Shown: positions 15,025 to 24,425 of the stretch, one piece after another | Layout of the letters: every line of letters begins with the position of its first letter | Numbering within the stretch: position 1 is the stretch's first letter | Assembly: GCA_021782715.1 (NCBI GenBank) | Contig: JAJXUR010000001.1 | Location: forward strand, 1-32,741 | DNA from: a bacterium | GTDB lineage: Bacteria > Patescibacteriota > Minisyncoccia > Phycocordibacterales > Phycocordibacteraceae | Direction: 5' to 3' | DNA length: 32,741 nt | Translations under genes and position numbers: made by a program | Notes under the pieces: model-generated | Told to the model about the DNA's origin: nothing | The model's database searches: none | Seen by the model: only the letters and a program-made list of their open reading frames with translations

Positions 15025-16551
15025 ATGTCCGCCGCCCCCCTTCAGAAAGCGGCTCATCGGCTCACGGGGCATCCGTGGCTCGTGCTCACGACCGTGATGG
15101 TGGGGACGCTCCTCATAGGCCTCGATCGCACCGTGGTGAACCTCGCTATGCCGAAGATCATGGGGGATTTCGGCATCACCGTCGGTACGGCGGCGTGGAT
15201 CGCGACTGCCTACATCATCAGCAACGCCATCTTCGTGCCGGTCTTCGGCAAGCTCGGCGATCTCTTCGGCAATCGCGTCATCTATCTCTGGAGCTTCGTC
15301 GGCTTCATCGTCGTGTCGATGATGGCCGGCTTCGCCTGGGGCTTCACCTCGCTCGTCTTCTTCCGCGTCCTGCAGGGGCTCGTCGGCGCAGCCGTATACC
15401 CGACCGCCATGTCGCTCATCGCCAAGTCCTTCGCCGAACCGAAAGCGCGTGCGCAAGCGCTAGGCATATGGTCGTCCTCTTTCGCGATCTCTGCCGTCAT
15501 CGGCCCCCTCCTCGGCGGCTATCTCGTCGATAATTTCAATTGGCGCTGGGTCTTTTTTATAAATTTACCGATCGGCATACTGGGTCTCATCATGACGCTC
15601 CTCTTCTTGCCGCAGGACCGGCCGGGAGAACGGGGGACCTTCGACTGGTTCGGTGCCGTGCTCCTCTCGGGCGCTATCACGAGCTTGGTACTCGTGGTCG
15701 ACCGCGGGCAGGACTGGGGCTGGCTCTCGAGCGCGAGTATGATTTGCTACCTTGGCACTCTAGTGTTCGGCTACCTGGTCTATCGATGGGAGACGCGGCA
15801 CGCGCACCCGATCATCGATTTCAAATTCTTCAGCAATCCGATTATCGTCTCGGTGCTCGCGGTCTCGTTCATATCCTTTGGCGGCATGATGGGCGCGATG
15901 CTCCTCCTGCCGGTCTTCGCCCAGACCTTCCTCCACTACACCGCGACCGAGAGCGGGTACCTCTTCGTGCCGATGGCGCTCGCTCTGCCGGTCTTCGCCC
16001 CGCTCGGCGCGCGGCTCTCGAGCTCCTTCCATCCGCGCTATACGGTCGCCTTCGGTATGGGGCTCTCCGCCCTCGGCCTCTTCCTGCTCATGAACCTCGA
16101 CCCGGCGATGACCTTCTCCGACTTCGTCCTACCGCTCGTCCTCTTCGGTGCCGGCCTCGGGCTCGGCATGGCCCCGCTCACGAGCGCTGCGACGACCTCG
16201 GTCCCGCTGCATGAGGTGGGCATGTCCTCGGGCCTCTTGAACCTCACACGCAATATCGGCGGCGCCTTCGGCATCGCCATTTTCAGCACCATCCTCGCAA
16301 ACGCCACCAATGCGAATGTACTCATGGTGGCGCAGAACTCGCATATCCTCGGCTCGACGCCAATCATCCTCGGCGAAGCTACGCAGCTCATCATATTGAA
16401 GGCCCAGCTCCTCTCGTACGATACGGTCTTCGGTTATGCGGCCGCGGCGATGCTTATCGGCGGCATCGTCGCGCTCTTTTTGCGCACGACGACCGGCAGC
16501 GAGGAGGAGATTCCGCCCGAGCTGCTCGCTGAGGCGGCGGCCGGCGGATAA
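15025..16551 (+). CDS. MFS transporter, DHA2 (EmrB/QacA-like) family
   Basis: The protein is 508 aa and multi-TM. The LDRTVVNLAMPKI and GKLGDLFG motifs are typical of 14-TMS drug:H+ antiporters. Confidence 0.85.
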   Translation: MSAAPLQKAAHRLTGHPWLVLTTVMVGTLLIGLDRTVVNLAMPKIMGDFGITVGTAAWIATAYIISNAIFVPVFGKLGDLFGNRVIYLWSFVGFIVVSMMAGFAWGFTSLVFFRVLQGLVGAAVYPTAMSLIAKSFAEPKARAQALGIWSSSFAISAVIGPLLGGYLVDNFNWRWVFFINLPIGILGLIMTLLFLPQDRPGERGTFDWFGAVLLSGAITSLVLVVDRGQDWGWLSSASMICYLGTLVFGYLVYRWETRHAHPIIDFKFFSNPIIVSVLAVSFISFGGMMGAMLLLPVFAQTFLHYTATESGYLFVPMALALPVFAPLGARLSSSFHPRYTVAFGMGLSALGLFLLMNLDPAMTFSDFVLPLVLFGAGLGLGMAPLTSAATTSVPLHEVGMSSGLLNLTRNIGGAFGIAIFSTILANATNANVLMVAQNSHILGSTPIILGEATQLIILKAQLLSYDTVFGYAAAAMLIGGIVALFLRTTTGSEEEIPPELLAEAAAGG

Positions 16552-16556
16552 GAGCT

Positions 16557-17009
16557 ATGGCACGCACCACGAAGCATTCGCACGCGTCAAGCGACATCGC
16601 ACGAGCGATCTCGCTCTTCTTCGCGGTGCGCGGGATCATGCGCACCAAGCTCGCACAGGGCAAGAAGCTCGACCCCTCTACCTGGCTGCGCATCGAGACG
16701 ATGAAGTTCATCGCCGATCATGACGAGCCGAAGATGAAGGACGTCGCCGATTATCTCTCGATCACCGCGCCCTCGGCGACCACGCTCGTCGGCGGGCTCG
16801 TGAAGAGCGGCTTCGTGGCCTACGCCGCCGACACGAGCGACCGCCGCACCTCGCGCCTCACGCTCACCGCAGCAGGGAAGGTCGAGTTGAAGGGCGCCAT
16901 CGCGCGCGGCACCAAGCATCTGCGCAGCCTCTTCGCCGTTCTCTCCGACAAGGAACTCGCCGCCTTTTCCGCCGCCCTCGCCCGCATCAAGGGTTCATCC
17001 TTAGAATAG
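16557..17009 (+). CDS. MarR family transcriptional regulator
   Basis: The winged-helix segment is MKDVADYLSITAPSATTLVGGLVKSGFV...DRRTSRLTLTAAGK. Confidence 0.8.
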   Translation: MARTTKHSHASSDIARAISLFFAVRGIMRTKLAQGKKLDPSTWLRIETMKFIADHDEPKMKDVADYLSITAPSATTLVGGLVKSGFVAYAADTSDRRTSRLTLTAAGKVELKGAIARGTKHLRSLFAVLSDKELAAFSAALARIKGSSLE

Positions 17010-17040
17010 TCAGTCGGAAATCCTTGCTATAATAGGGGAC

Positions 17041-17439
17041 ATGAAAGGATACATCACCAACATCGAGGAACGGGCGCTGGGGAATGAATACTTCAGAGAG
17101 GTGCTCTACACTGACGAGCGGGTGCAGCTCGTCGTCATGAGCCTCAAGCCTCTCGAAGACATCGGGGAGGAGGTGCACCAGCTCGATCAGTTTATCCGCG
17201 TAGAGCGGGGTACGGGCAAGGCGGTGCTCGATGCCGTCGAGCACGAGATACAGGACGGCTTCGCCATCGTCGTGCCCAAGGGCACCTTGCACAACCTCAT
17301 CAACACCTCCTCGACCGAACTGATGAAGCTCTACACGGTCTACGCACCGCCCAATCACAAGGACGGCACGATCCACCAGACCAAGGCCGATGCCGAGGCC
17401 GACGAGGGAGAGCACTTCGACGGCACGACGAGCGAGTAG
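17041..17439 (+). CDS. Cupin domain protein
   Basis: The protein is 132 aa with a small beta-barrel pattern (..EEVH...FIRVERGTGKAVLD..E..I..G.AIVVPKGTLHN..N). Confidence 0.7.
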   Translation: MKGYITNIEERALGNEYFREVLYTDERVQLVVMSLKPLEDIGEEVHQLDQFIRVERGTGKAVLDAVEHEIQDGFAIVVPKGTLHNLINTSSTELMKLYTVYAPPNHKDGTIHQTKADAEADEGEHFDGTTSE

Positions 17440-17453
17440 CGCTCGCGCAGAAC

Positions 17454-17493
17454 GCACACAGAAGCCGCGACGGATGTCGCGGCTTCTGTGTGC
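17454..17493. terminator. 18-bp perfect hairpin between the convergent cupin and xfp genes. Its stem is identical to the one at 779-814.
   Basis: GCACACAGAAGCCGCGAC-GGAT-GTCGCGGCTTCTGTGTGC. No T tract is present on either side. Confidence 0.6.
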
Positions 17494-17505
17494 GTATCGG
17501 ATGGA

Positions 17506-17613
17506 TTATGCTGCCGCGCCCCACTTCCACTGCTCGATCTCGGGCATATCAGTGCCGTGTTCGTCGATATAGTGCTTATGCTCGATGAGCTTGTCACGCA
17601 TCATCTGCTTCAG
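17506..17613 (-). other. In-frame continuation of phosphoketolase beyond a TAA: 35 codons plus a stop
   Basis: The minus frame reads [35 protein letters not shown]. This resembles the conserved Xfp C-terminus (..H..YI.E.G.DMPEI..W.W). Confidence 0.7.
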
Positions 17614-19920
17614 TTAGGCGCCCTTCGCGCCGAGCTGCGGCAGGCGGTCGATTACGTCTTGCACCAAATTGAATCGGTCTATCTTATTCTGCACACGCAT
17701 GTCGAAGCGCGTGGTGATGGTGCCTTCCTCTACGTAGCCGCGGACGTGGATGTTGCGATTGGTGCGGGCATAGGCGAGACGGTGGACGAGCCACGGATAG
17801 CCATGGAAGTTGAAGACGATGGGCTTGTCCTTCGTGAAGAGTGAATCGTAGTCCTCGCTCGTGAGCCCGTGCGGGTGCTCAGAGTGCGGCTGCAGTTTCA
17901 TGAGATCGACGACATTGATGACGCGAATCTTCAGTTCTGGCAAGTGCTCGCGGAGTATCGAGACGGCAGCGAGACTCTCGAGCGTCGGTGTGTCGCCGCA
18001 GGAAGCCATGATGACGTCCGGTTCGCCGCCTTGATCGTTGCTTGCCCATTGCCAGATGCTGACGCCCTCGGTGCAGTGCACGATCGCTTCGTCCATAGTG
18101 AGCCACTGGGGCAGGGGATGCTTGCCTGCGACGATGACGTTTACGTAGTTCTTGCTGCGCAAGCAATGATCCGCGACCGAGAGGAGACAGTTGGCGTCCG
18201 GCGGGAGATAGGTCCGCACAATGTCGGCCTTCTTGTTGATGACGTGGTCGAGGAAGCCGGGGTCCTGGTGGGTGAAGCCGTTGTGGTCTTGCTGCCAGAC
18301 GTGGGAAGAGAGCAGGAAGTTGAGCGAGGAGATGGGGCGGCGCCACGGGAGTTCGCGCGTCACCTTCAGCCACTTGGCGTGCTGGCTGAACATCGAGTCG
18401 ATGATACGTATGAATGCTTCGTAGCTGTTGAAGATGCCATGCCGGCCGGTGAGCAGATAGCCCTCGAGCCACCCTTCGCACTGGTTCTCGCTCAGGACCG
18501 AATCAAGGACGCGTCCGTCCGGCGCAAGGAAGTCGTCCTGCTCGAGGATGGGCGCGTCCCATTGGCGATCGGTGACTTCGAATACGGAGCCGAGAAGATT
18601 CGAAACGGTTTCGTCGGGACCGAAGATGCGGAAATTGCGCTTGTATTGGTTCAGGGTGATGACGTCGCGCAGGAACTTGCCAAGCACCGGCATATCGCCG
18701 CACGCGACCGCGCCAGGGGAAGGCACCTCGACGGCGTGTTCGTGGAAGTCCGGCATCCGGAGGTCCTGGAGGAGCAGGCCGCCGTTGGTATGGGGGTTGG
18801 CGCCCATACGTCGGTCGCCCGTCGGTGCGAGCTCGGCGAGCTCGGGCAGGAGTCGGCCGTTTTCATCGAAAAGTTCTTCAGCTTTGTAGCTTTTCATCCA
18901 ATCCTCGAGCAGCTTCACGTGATCGGGGTGGTCGGCGTCGACGAGGATCGGCACTTGGTGCGAGCGCGACGTCCCCTCGATGTGCAGGCCGTCGACGACC
19001 TTCGGCCCGGTCCAGCCCTTGGGCGAGCGGAGGACAATCATCGGCCAGAGCGGGCGAGGAGCGTCTCGGTTCACTCGCGCGTTCTCCTGGATGCGTTTGA
19101 TACCTTCGATGGCCTCGTCGAGCTTCGCTGCCATGAGTTGGTGCATCTTCTCCGGATCATCGCCCTCGACGAAGAACGGGTCCCAGCCGCAACCGCGCAA
19201 GAACTGCTCCAGCTCGCTACCTTCGATGCGTGAGAGGACGGTCGGATTATTTATCTTATAGCCGTTCAAGTGGAGGATCGGCAGTACGGCGCCGTCGGTG
19301 GCGGGATTGAGGAATTTGTTCGAATGCCACGCGGTCGCGAGCGACGCGGTTTCCGCTTCACCGTCGCCGATGACACAGGCGACGACGAGATCAGGATTAT
19401 CGAATGCGGCGCCGAAAGCATGGCTCAGCGAATAACCCAATTCGCCGCCCTCATGCATAGAACCCGGCGTCGTCGGCGCGACGTGGCTCGAGATGCCGCC
19501 CGGGAATGAGAATTGCTTGAATAACTTTTTCAACCCGGCTTCGTCCTCGGTGACGTCGGGGTACACCTCGCTCCACACCCCCTCGAGGTAGACATTGCTG
19601 ACCAGTGCCGGGCCGCCGTGTCCGGGACCGGCGATGTAGAACATATTCAGATCGTATTTCTTGATGATGCGGTTCAGGTGCACGTAGATGAAGTTCTGTC
19701 CCGGCGTCGTGCCCCAGTGGCCGACGACGAGCGGCTTCACGTGCGCGAGCGCGAGCGGTTCCTTCAAGAGCGGATTATCATAGAGGTATATCTGTCCGAC
19801 GGAGAGGTAGTTCGCGGCGCGCCAGTAGGCATGCATCTTCTCGAGAATTTCCGGTGAAAGAGGGGTCGCTGACTTTTCCATATGTTTTTTTGTCATGTTG
19901 ATAGTATCGTTCATCACCAA
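17614..19920 (-). CDS. xfp: Xylulose-5-phosphate/fructose-6-phosphate phosphoketolase, as delimited by the internal TAA
   Basis: The 768-aa ORF has typical Xfp sequence throughout ([34 protein letters not shown]-like). Confidence 0.9.
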   Translation of the reverse strand: MVMNDTINMTKKHMEKSATPLSPEILEKMHAYWRAANYLSVGQIYLYDNPLLKEPLALAHVKPLVVGHWGTTPGQNFIYVHLNRIIKKYDLNMFYIAGPGHGGPALVSNVYLEGVWSEVYPDVTEDEAGLKKLFKQFSFPGGISSHVAPTTPGSMHEGGELGYSLSHAFGAAFDNPDLVVACVIGDGEAETASLATAWHSNKFLNPATDGAVLPILHLNGYKINNPTVLSRIEGSELEQFLRGCGWDPFFVEGDDPEKMHQLMAAKLDEAIEGIKRIQENARVNRDAPRPLWPMIVLRSPKGWTGPKVVDGLHIEGTSRSHQVPILVDADHPDHVKLLEDWMKSYKAEELFDENGRLLPELAELAPTGDRRMGANPHTNGGLLLQDLRMPDFHEHAVEVPSPGAVACGDMPVLGKFLRDVITLNQYKRNFRIFGPDETVSNLLGSVFEVTDRQWDAPILEQDDFLAPDGRVLDSVLSENQCEGWLEGYLLTGRHGIFNSYEAFIRIIDSMFSQHAKWLKVTRELPWRRPISSLNFLLSSHVWQQDHNGFTHQDPGFLDHVINKKADIVRTYLPPDANCLLSVADHCLRSKNYVNVIVAGKHPLPQWLTMDEAIVHCTEGVSIWQWASNDQGGEPDVIMASCGDTPTLESLAAVSILREHLPELKIRVINVVDLMKLQPHSEHPHGLTSEDYDSLFTKDKPIVFNFHGYPWLVHRLAYARTNRNIHVRGYVEEGTITTRFDMRVQNKIDRFNLVQDVIDRLPQLGAKGA

Positions 19921-21098
19921 CCGAGCACTTCGCGTACAGATTGCGCGATCACCCGTGCCTCATCCGTATGCATGACGCGGATGGTCGCGCGACCGGACTC
20001 AGGGGAGATGACGGCAGCGTGCGCCGCATTCTGCTCCTCGTCGAGTTCAATACCGAGGAATTCTAGCCCGCTACAAATCCGGGAGCGCAGCAGGGATGAT
20101 TTCTCCCCGATGCCGCCGGCAAAAATAAGCGTATCAACACCACCAAGCGCTGCCGCGTATGCGCCAATCTCTTTCTTCACCTGATAGCAGAACAGCCTGA
20201 CCGCTTCGGCGGCGCGTACGTCTTCGTCCTCGAGAGTGATGAGGTCGTACATGTCGGAGGTAGTCTCGGAAATGCCGAGGAGGCCCGATTCGAGCGTGAC
20301 CATTTTGTCGAATGCTTCCACGGTCATCTTCTCGGTCTGCATGAAATACCGCGCGAGCCCGGGATCGATGTCTCCCGAACGGGTACTCATCACGATGCCG
20401 CCGGCGGGCGTGAAGCCCATGCTCGTGTCGACGGGCTTGCCCGCAGAAACCGCAGCAAGACTCGCGCCGCTGCCGAGATGGGCGAGGATGATGCGTCCGT
20501 GCGCCGCGCTCTCGCCGCCAACGCGCTTCAATTCTTCCATAAGGTATGTGTAGGAGAGCCCGTGGAAACCGTAGCGCCGCAGTCCTTGTGCCTCATAGCG
20601 GCGCGGTATCGAGAGCAGTTGTGCCGTGCGTGGCATGTCGTGATGGAATGCGGTATCGAAACAGGCCACTTGTGGTAGATGGGGGAAGTGTCGCTGGAAT
20701 GCTTCGGCGAGCCGGATCTCCCCTGGCGCGTGCTCAGGGTCGAGCGCCATGAGTGAGCGCAGCTCATCGAGGACGTCCGGCGTTATCTGTACCGGGGCGT
20801 TGTAGACTGGGCCGCCGTGTACGATGCGATGCCCAACGGCGACGAGGGAAGTATGGAGGCCTTGCTCCTCGATGAAATCCATAAGCAGCACCGCGGCTGC
20901 CGCGTGTGTGGCTGCGGCGATCGGTTGCGAAAGGTCGCCGGCGAGAACCGAGCCAGCCGCGCAGAGCGTCGTGCCCGAGAGCCCTATCCTCTCGATACTA
21001 CCGTCGAGCACCTGGGCGAGCGAGCCAGCACGGAACAAAGCGAATTTAATGCTTGAGGAGCCGGCATTGATAGTCAGCAGATATGGGTCGGGCTTCAT
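19914..21098 (-). CDS. ackA: Acetate kinase
   Basis: The protein is 394 aa with [15 protein letters not shown] at the N-terminus, the HRIVHGG motif and an ASKHA fold. It lies immediately downstream of xfp and overlaps it by 7 nt. Confidence 0.9.
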   Translation of the reverse strand: MKPDPYLLTINAGSSSIKFALFRAGSLAQVLDGSIERIGLSGTTLCAAGSVLAGDLSQPIAAATHAAAAVLLMDFIEEQGLHTSLVAVGHRIVHGGPVYNAPVQITPDVLDELRSLMALDPEHAPGEIRLAEAFQRHFPHLPQVACFDTAFHHDMPRTAQLLSIPRRYEAQGLRRYGFHGLSYTYLMEELKRVGGESAAHGRIILAHLGSGASLAAVSAGKPVDTSMGFTPAGGIVMSTRSGDIDPGLARYFMQTEKMTVEAFDKMVTLESGLLGISETTSDMYDLITLEDEDVRAAEAVRLFCYQVKKEIGAYAAALGGVDTLIFAGGIGEKSSLLRSRICSGLEFLGIELDEEQNAAHAAVISPESGRATIRVMHTDEARVIAQSVREVLGW

Positions 21099-21208
21099 GG
21101 AGTCGGTACGAATATCATAGCACCCGGCCTAGGCTCGTCTCGAGCTGATTGCCACAGAAGTGGAAGGAGAATCTTTTTATGTGCCGCGCGTATATTATAG
21201 TAGTACCT

Positions 21209-22999
21209 ATGAAATATATTCTTACATCGGTGCTCGGCGTGGTGCTTCTCGGTTCGTTTGTTTCCGCGATGCCTGCATTCGCGACCGTGCCGCCTACGCT
21301 TGTGCTCTCGGCGACCGGGACTGGCGATAACGTTTTGATAACCGTTACCGGCGACCCGAAGGTGAGCGTCATTCTCTCGTACAACGAAGTCGGCTTCGGC
21401 CCGCAGATTACTTCGCTCGGCACGACCGATGCGAGCGGGTCCTTTTCTACGACGGTGTCGAGCGCGGCTTATGGCCTTACTTCTGGCACGCCGGTGAACG
21501 CTATCTTAAACGGCACGAGTGGACCGAAGTCGCCGACCGTCGCGTGGCCGGCCGTCACTTCGTCGAATGCTCTCGCACTGAGCCAGAATGCCGTCATAGT
21601 GAATGCTGGTTCTTCTGCGACGCTTGCCACGACGAATGGCGGTGGAACGGCGCTCTATGTCTCGAACAATTCGAATTCCTCGATCGCGAATGTCAGCATC
21701 AGCGGGACGCAGATTACTATCTCGGGGAATATCGCCGGCTCGACGACGGTTACTCTCTGTCAGGTGGGGAATACGACGGATTGCCCGAGCGTGTACGTGA
21801 CCGTCAAACCGGCGGGGACAGGACAACTTTCCTTGAGCCAGACGAATGCGACGGTCGTGAGCGGACAGAATCTCCCGATCACCGTGACCGGCGGTACCGG
21901 TGCATATCAGATTCTCAATAACTCGAATCCGAGCGTGATACAGGCGAGCGTCAACGGTTCGATACTTACGCTTACCACCGGCGTGGCGACCGGTTCTTCC
22001 TCAATTACGGTCTGTTCTTCCGATAATGCACTGTGCGGAGTGGTGGTGGCGACCGCAGGGAGTGCAAGCTCGGTCGCGATAACGTTCAGTACGACCGCTC
22101 CGGTTGTAGCCGTCAATCAAAATACCGCCGTGAATGTCTATGGCCCGTCCGGTGTGCAGTTTTACGTCTCTTCAAATTCGAACCCGAGCATCGTGCAAGC
22201 GAACCTCTCCGGGACAGTCCTCACGCTGACCGGCATTGCGGCTGGCTCCTCCTCGGTCACGGTGTGCGCGTCGACGGGCACGTGTGCACCGCTCACGGTG
22301 TCCGTTCAGAGCGCCGTAACGAGCGCAAGCATTGCACTCAGTCAGAACTTGCTTTCTCTGCTTTCGGGGCAGAACAGCACGGTAACCATCACCGGCGGCG
22401 AGCAGCCCTATTTCATGACCGGCGGGACGAGTTCAGTGTCGCAAGAGACGGCGAATGGCGGCACGCTCACGGTTTATGGCGTGGCAACCGGCACGTCGGA
22501 TGTGAACGTATGTTCCGCAGGCGGTGGTTGCGTCATGCTTGCCGTAACGGTGAACGGCGGTGGTACCGTGGCCGCGCCCGCGCCGGCTGCTGTGCCTGCT
22601 TTGGTGCCAATCGCTCCTGCACCGGCGACGGCGCCCGTCGTACCCGCTTACGTTTTCACCGCAGATCTGAAGCAGGGTTCGTCAGGTGCTGAAGTGATGG
22701 CGCTGCAGAGATTCCTCGCAGGGCAAGGCATACTCACGGCGACGCCGAATGGTTACTACGGCCCGCAGACGAAAGCCGCCGTCATAAAATTCCAAGCCGC
22801 GCACGGCGTGAGTCAGCTCGGCATCATCGGTCCCGCGACGCGTACGGCGCTTAATCAGATTGAGAATGCGAATGTCGCGAGCGGTGCTAATACGACCATA
22901 GCGACTATGACGCTTACCGAGCTCAGATCGGAGGTGCAATCACTTCAAGCCGAACTCACGCAGGCGCTCAGTCGTATCGCGCAACTGACCGGGCAATAG
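21209..22999 (+). CDS. Secreted protein with tandem Ig-like repeats and a C-terminal peptidoglycan-binding domain
   Basis: The signal peptide is MKYILTSVLGVVLLGSFVSAMPAFA. There are 4-5 repeats of about 80 aa ending in ..VTVC....C..V.V. The C-terminus LKQGSSGAEVMALQRFLA...YYGPQTKAAVIKFQ is PG_binding_1-like. Confidence 0.7.
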   Translation: MKYILTSVLGVVLLGSFVSAMPAFATVPPTLVLSATGTGDNVLITVTGDPKVSVILSYNEVGFGPQITSLGTTDASGSFSTTVSSAAYGLTSGTPVNAILNGTSGPKSPTVAWPAVTSSNALALSQNAVIVNAGSSATLATTNGGGTALYVSNNSNSSIANVSISGTQITISGNIAGSTTVTLCQVGNTTDCPSVYVTVKPAGTGQLSLSQTNATVVSGQNLPITVTGGTGAYQILNNSNPSVIQASVNGSILTLTTGVATGSSSITVCSSDNALCGVVVATAGSASSVAITFSTTAPVVAVNQNTAVNVYGPSGVQFYVSSNSNPSIVQANLSGTVLTLTGIAAGSSSVTVCASTGTCAPLTVSVQSAVTSASIALSQNLLSLLSGQNSTVTITGGEQPYFMTGGTSSVSQETANGGTLTVYGVATGTSDVNVCSAGGGCVMLAVTVNGGGTVAAPAPAAVPALVPIAPAPATAPVVPAYVFTADLKQGSSGAEVMALQRFLAGQGILTATPNGYYGPQTKAAVIKFQAAHGVSQLGIIGPATRTALNQIENANVASGANTTIATMTLTELRSEVQSLQAELTQALSRIAQLTGQ

Positions 23000-23003
23000 G
23001 AGA

Positions 23004-24008
23004 TTACGCCCGGTGCTCTTCGAGGCCGTACCCGTGAACGACGGAGAGGAATACGGACAGCACGAGCGGTCCGAGTATGAAGCCGAGCGGCCCGAAGAAG
23101 AGGATACCGCCCAGGATAGAGAAGAGGACGAATATCGGCGAGACCGAACTGCCTTTCCCGAAGAAATATGAAGTGAGGATGTTGTCGACGAGGATGATAA
23201 TGAGGACGCCGGCGAGCGCCATGCCGAGAGCGCCAAGAGTGTCTCCACCGAGATAGAGGTAGAGGACAGCAGGGACGAATGCGAAGGGCGTCCCGAGACC
23301 AGGGATCGCTCCGACCACGCCGCCGATGCTGCTCCAGAGGATGGCATTCGGGATACCAAAGAGAGAGAACGCGATCCAGATGAGCGCCCAGCGGATAAGC
23401 GCGTTGAAGAAGGTTCCTTTTATGACTGATTGCACGGTCTGGTACATCTTGTCCATGATCTCTGTCGTCGCTTTCTTTCCGAAGGGGCTCACTTTGACGA
23501 GGTAGGCGAGCATGTCCTTTCCGTCACGGAGGAAGAAGAAGAGCGTGAGAAGCATCAGGAAGATCTCGAGGATGATGTAGAGCGTCTGATAGACGAGCGA
23601 GCCGAGGTTGTCCGAGATCATGACGAGCGCATTTCCCACAAATGAGTTTATATCGAACGTGAACGCCGGGAATATTTGTCGCAACGGGTTCTCGATCGCC
23701 GTCTGGATACTGCTTATGAATTGTGAACCGGCGGAAAGCCCCTGTGCTTCTTTGTAGATCTGCACCCCGAGGAAAAAGAGGGGAACGATGCAGAACGCGA
23801 GCGTCAGGGCGACCGTGAGCAGCGCGGCAAGATTTTTCCATCCGCCGAATATGTTCGTGAGGCGTTCATACGGCCGACGGAGAAATATCGTGAAGACGAT
23901 AGCGAGCGAGAGGAGAGGGAAGAATGGCGCGAAGACGAAGAGAAGAAGCAGAGAAACGGCTACGAAGAGCCCGGCAAGCGAGACGAGTTCCAGTCGGTCT
24001 TTCGGCAT
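23004..24008 (-). CDS. AI-2E family transporter (PerM/UPF0118)
   Basis: The protein is 334 aa with about 8 TM segments. Its topology and sequence are typical of the family. Confidence 0.8.
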   Translation of the reverse strand: MPKDRLELVSLAGLFVAVSLLLLFVFAPFFPLLSLAIVFTIFLRRPYERLTNIFGGWKNLAALLTVALTLAFCIVPLFFLGVQIYKEAQGLSAGSQFISSIQTAIENPLRQIFPAFTFDINSFVGNALVMISDNLGSLVYQTLYIILEIFLMLLTLFFFLRDGKDMLAYLVKVSPFGKKATTEIMDKMYQTVQSVIKGTFFNALIRWALIWIAFSLFGIPNAILWSSIGGVVGAIPGLGTPFAFVPAVLYLYLGGDTLGALGMALAGVLIIILVDNILTSYFFGKGSSVSPIFVLFSILGGILFFGPLGFILGPLVLSVFLSVVHGYGLEEHRA

Positions 24009-24070
24009 ACCCGTAGCCTAGCACAGAGGTGCTATCATAGAGGGCAGTTACCAGAGTAATAGTATTGCCT

Positions 24071-24349
24071 ATGTGGGGAAATCAGTATGGGTATCAACAG
24101 ATGATGGACTACGGGAACGGGTACGGCGCCGGTAGCGAGGTGTTGCATGTACTCTTCGCTCTCTTCTGGATCGTCGTCCTTATCGCGATTATCGCAGCGG
24201 CCGTCCGCGCGTTGCGTGGGAAGCCGGTGTGGCACTGCCACGGCTGTCTCCACGGAGATGCGGCGATGAATCTCCTCCGCGAGCGCTACGTGAACGGAGA
24301 AATAGATCATAAGGAGTTCGAGGAGAAGAAAAAGGCACTCGCTGAATAA
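24071..24349 (+). CDS. SHOCT-domain small membrane protein
   Basis: It has one TM segment. The C-terminal LLRERYVNGEIDHKEFEEKKKAL matches the SHOCT motif. Confidence 0.65.
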   Translation: MWGNQYGYQQMMDYGNGYGAGSEVLHVLFALFWIVVLIAIIAAAVRALRGKPVWHCHGCLHGDAAMNLLRERYVNGEIDHKEFEEKKKALAE

Positions 24350-24367
24350 GCGAAGGCGGGTGATATG

Positions 24368-24394
24368 AAAGAGCCGGCGGTGAGCCGGCTCTTT
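24368..24394. terminator. Hairpin AAAGAGCCGGC-loop-GCCGGCTCTTT between convergent genes
   Basis: Read directly. Confidence 0.65.
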
Positions 24395-24425
24395 CGTTAT
24401 CCTGCATCCTGTCCTTGCGTGCTTC

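Noticed and set aside
17869-19233. 454-aa ORF antisense to phosphoketolase. Similar long antisense or overlapping ORFs occur at 14674-15456, 15540-16214, 24858-25736, 30085-30675, 9835-10350 and 10753-11337.
   Set aside because: All lie opposite to, or out of frame with, genes that have strong family signatures. They have Arg/Ala/Gly/Asp-rich low-complexity compositions typical of spurious frames in GC-rich DNA.
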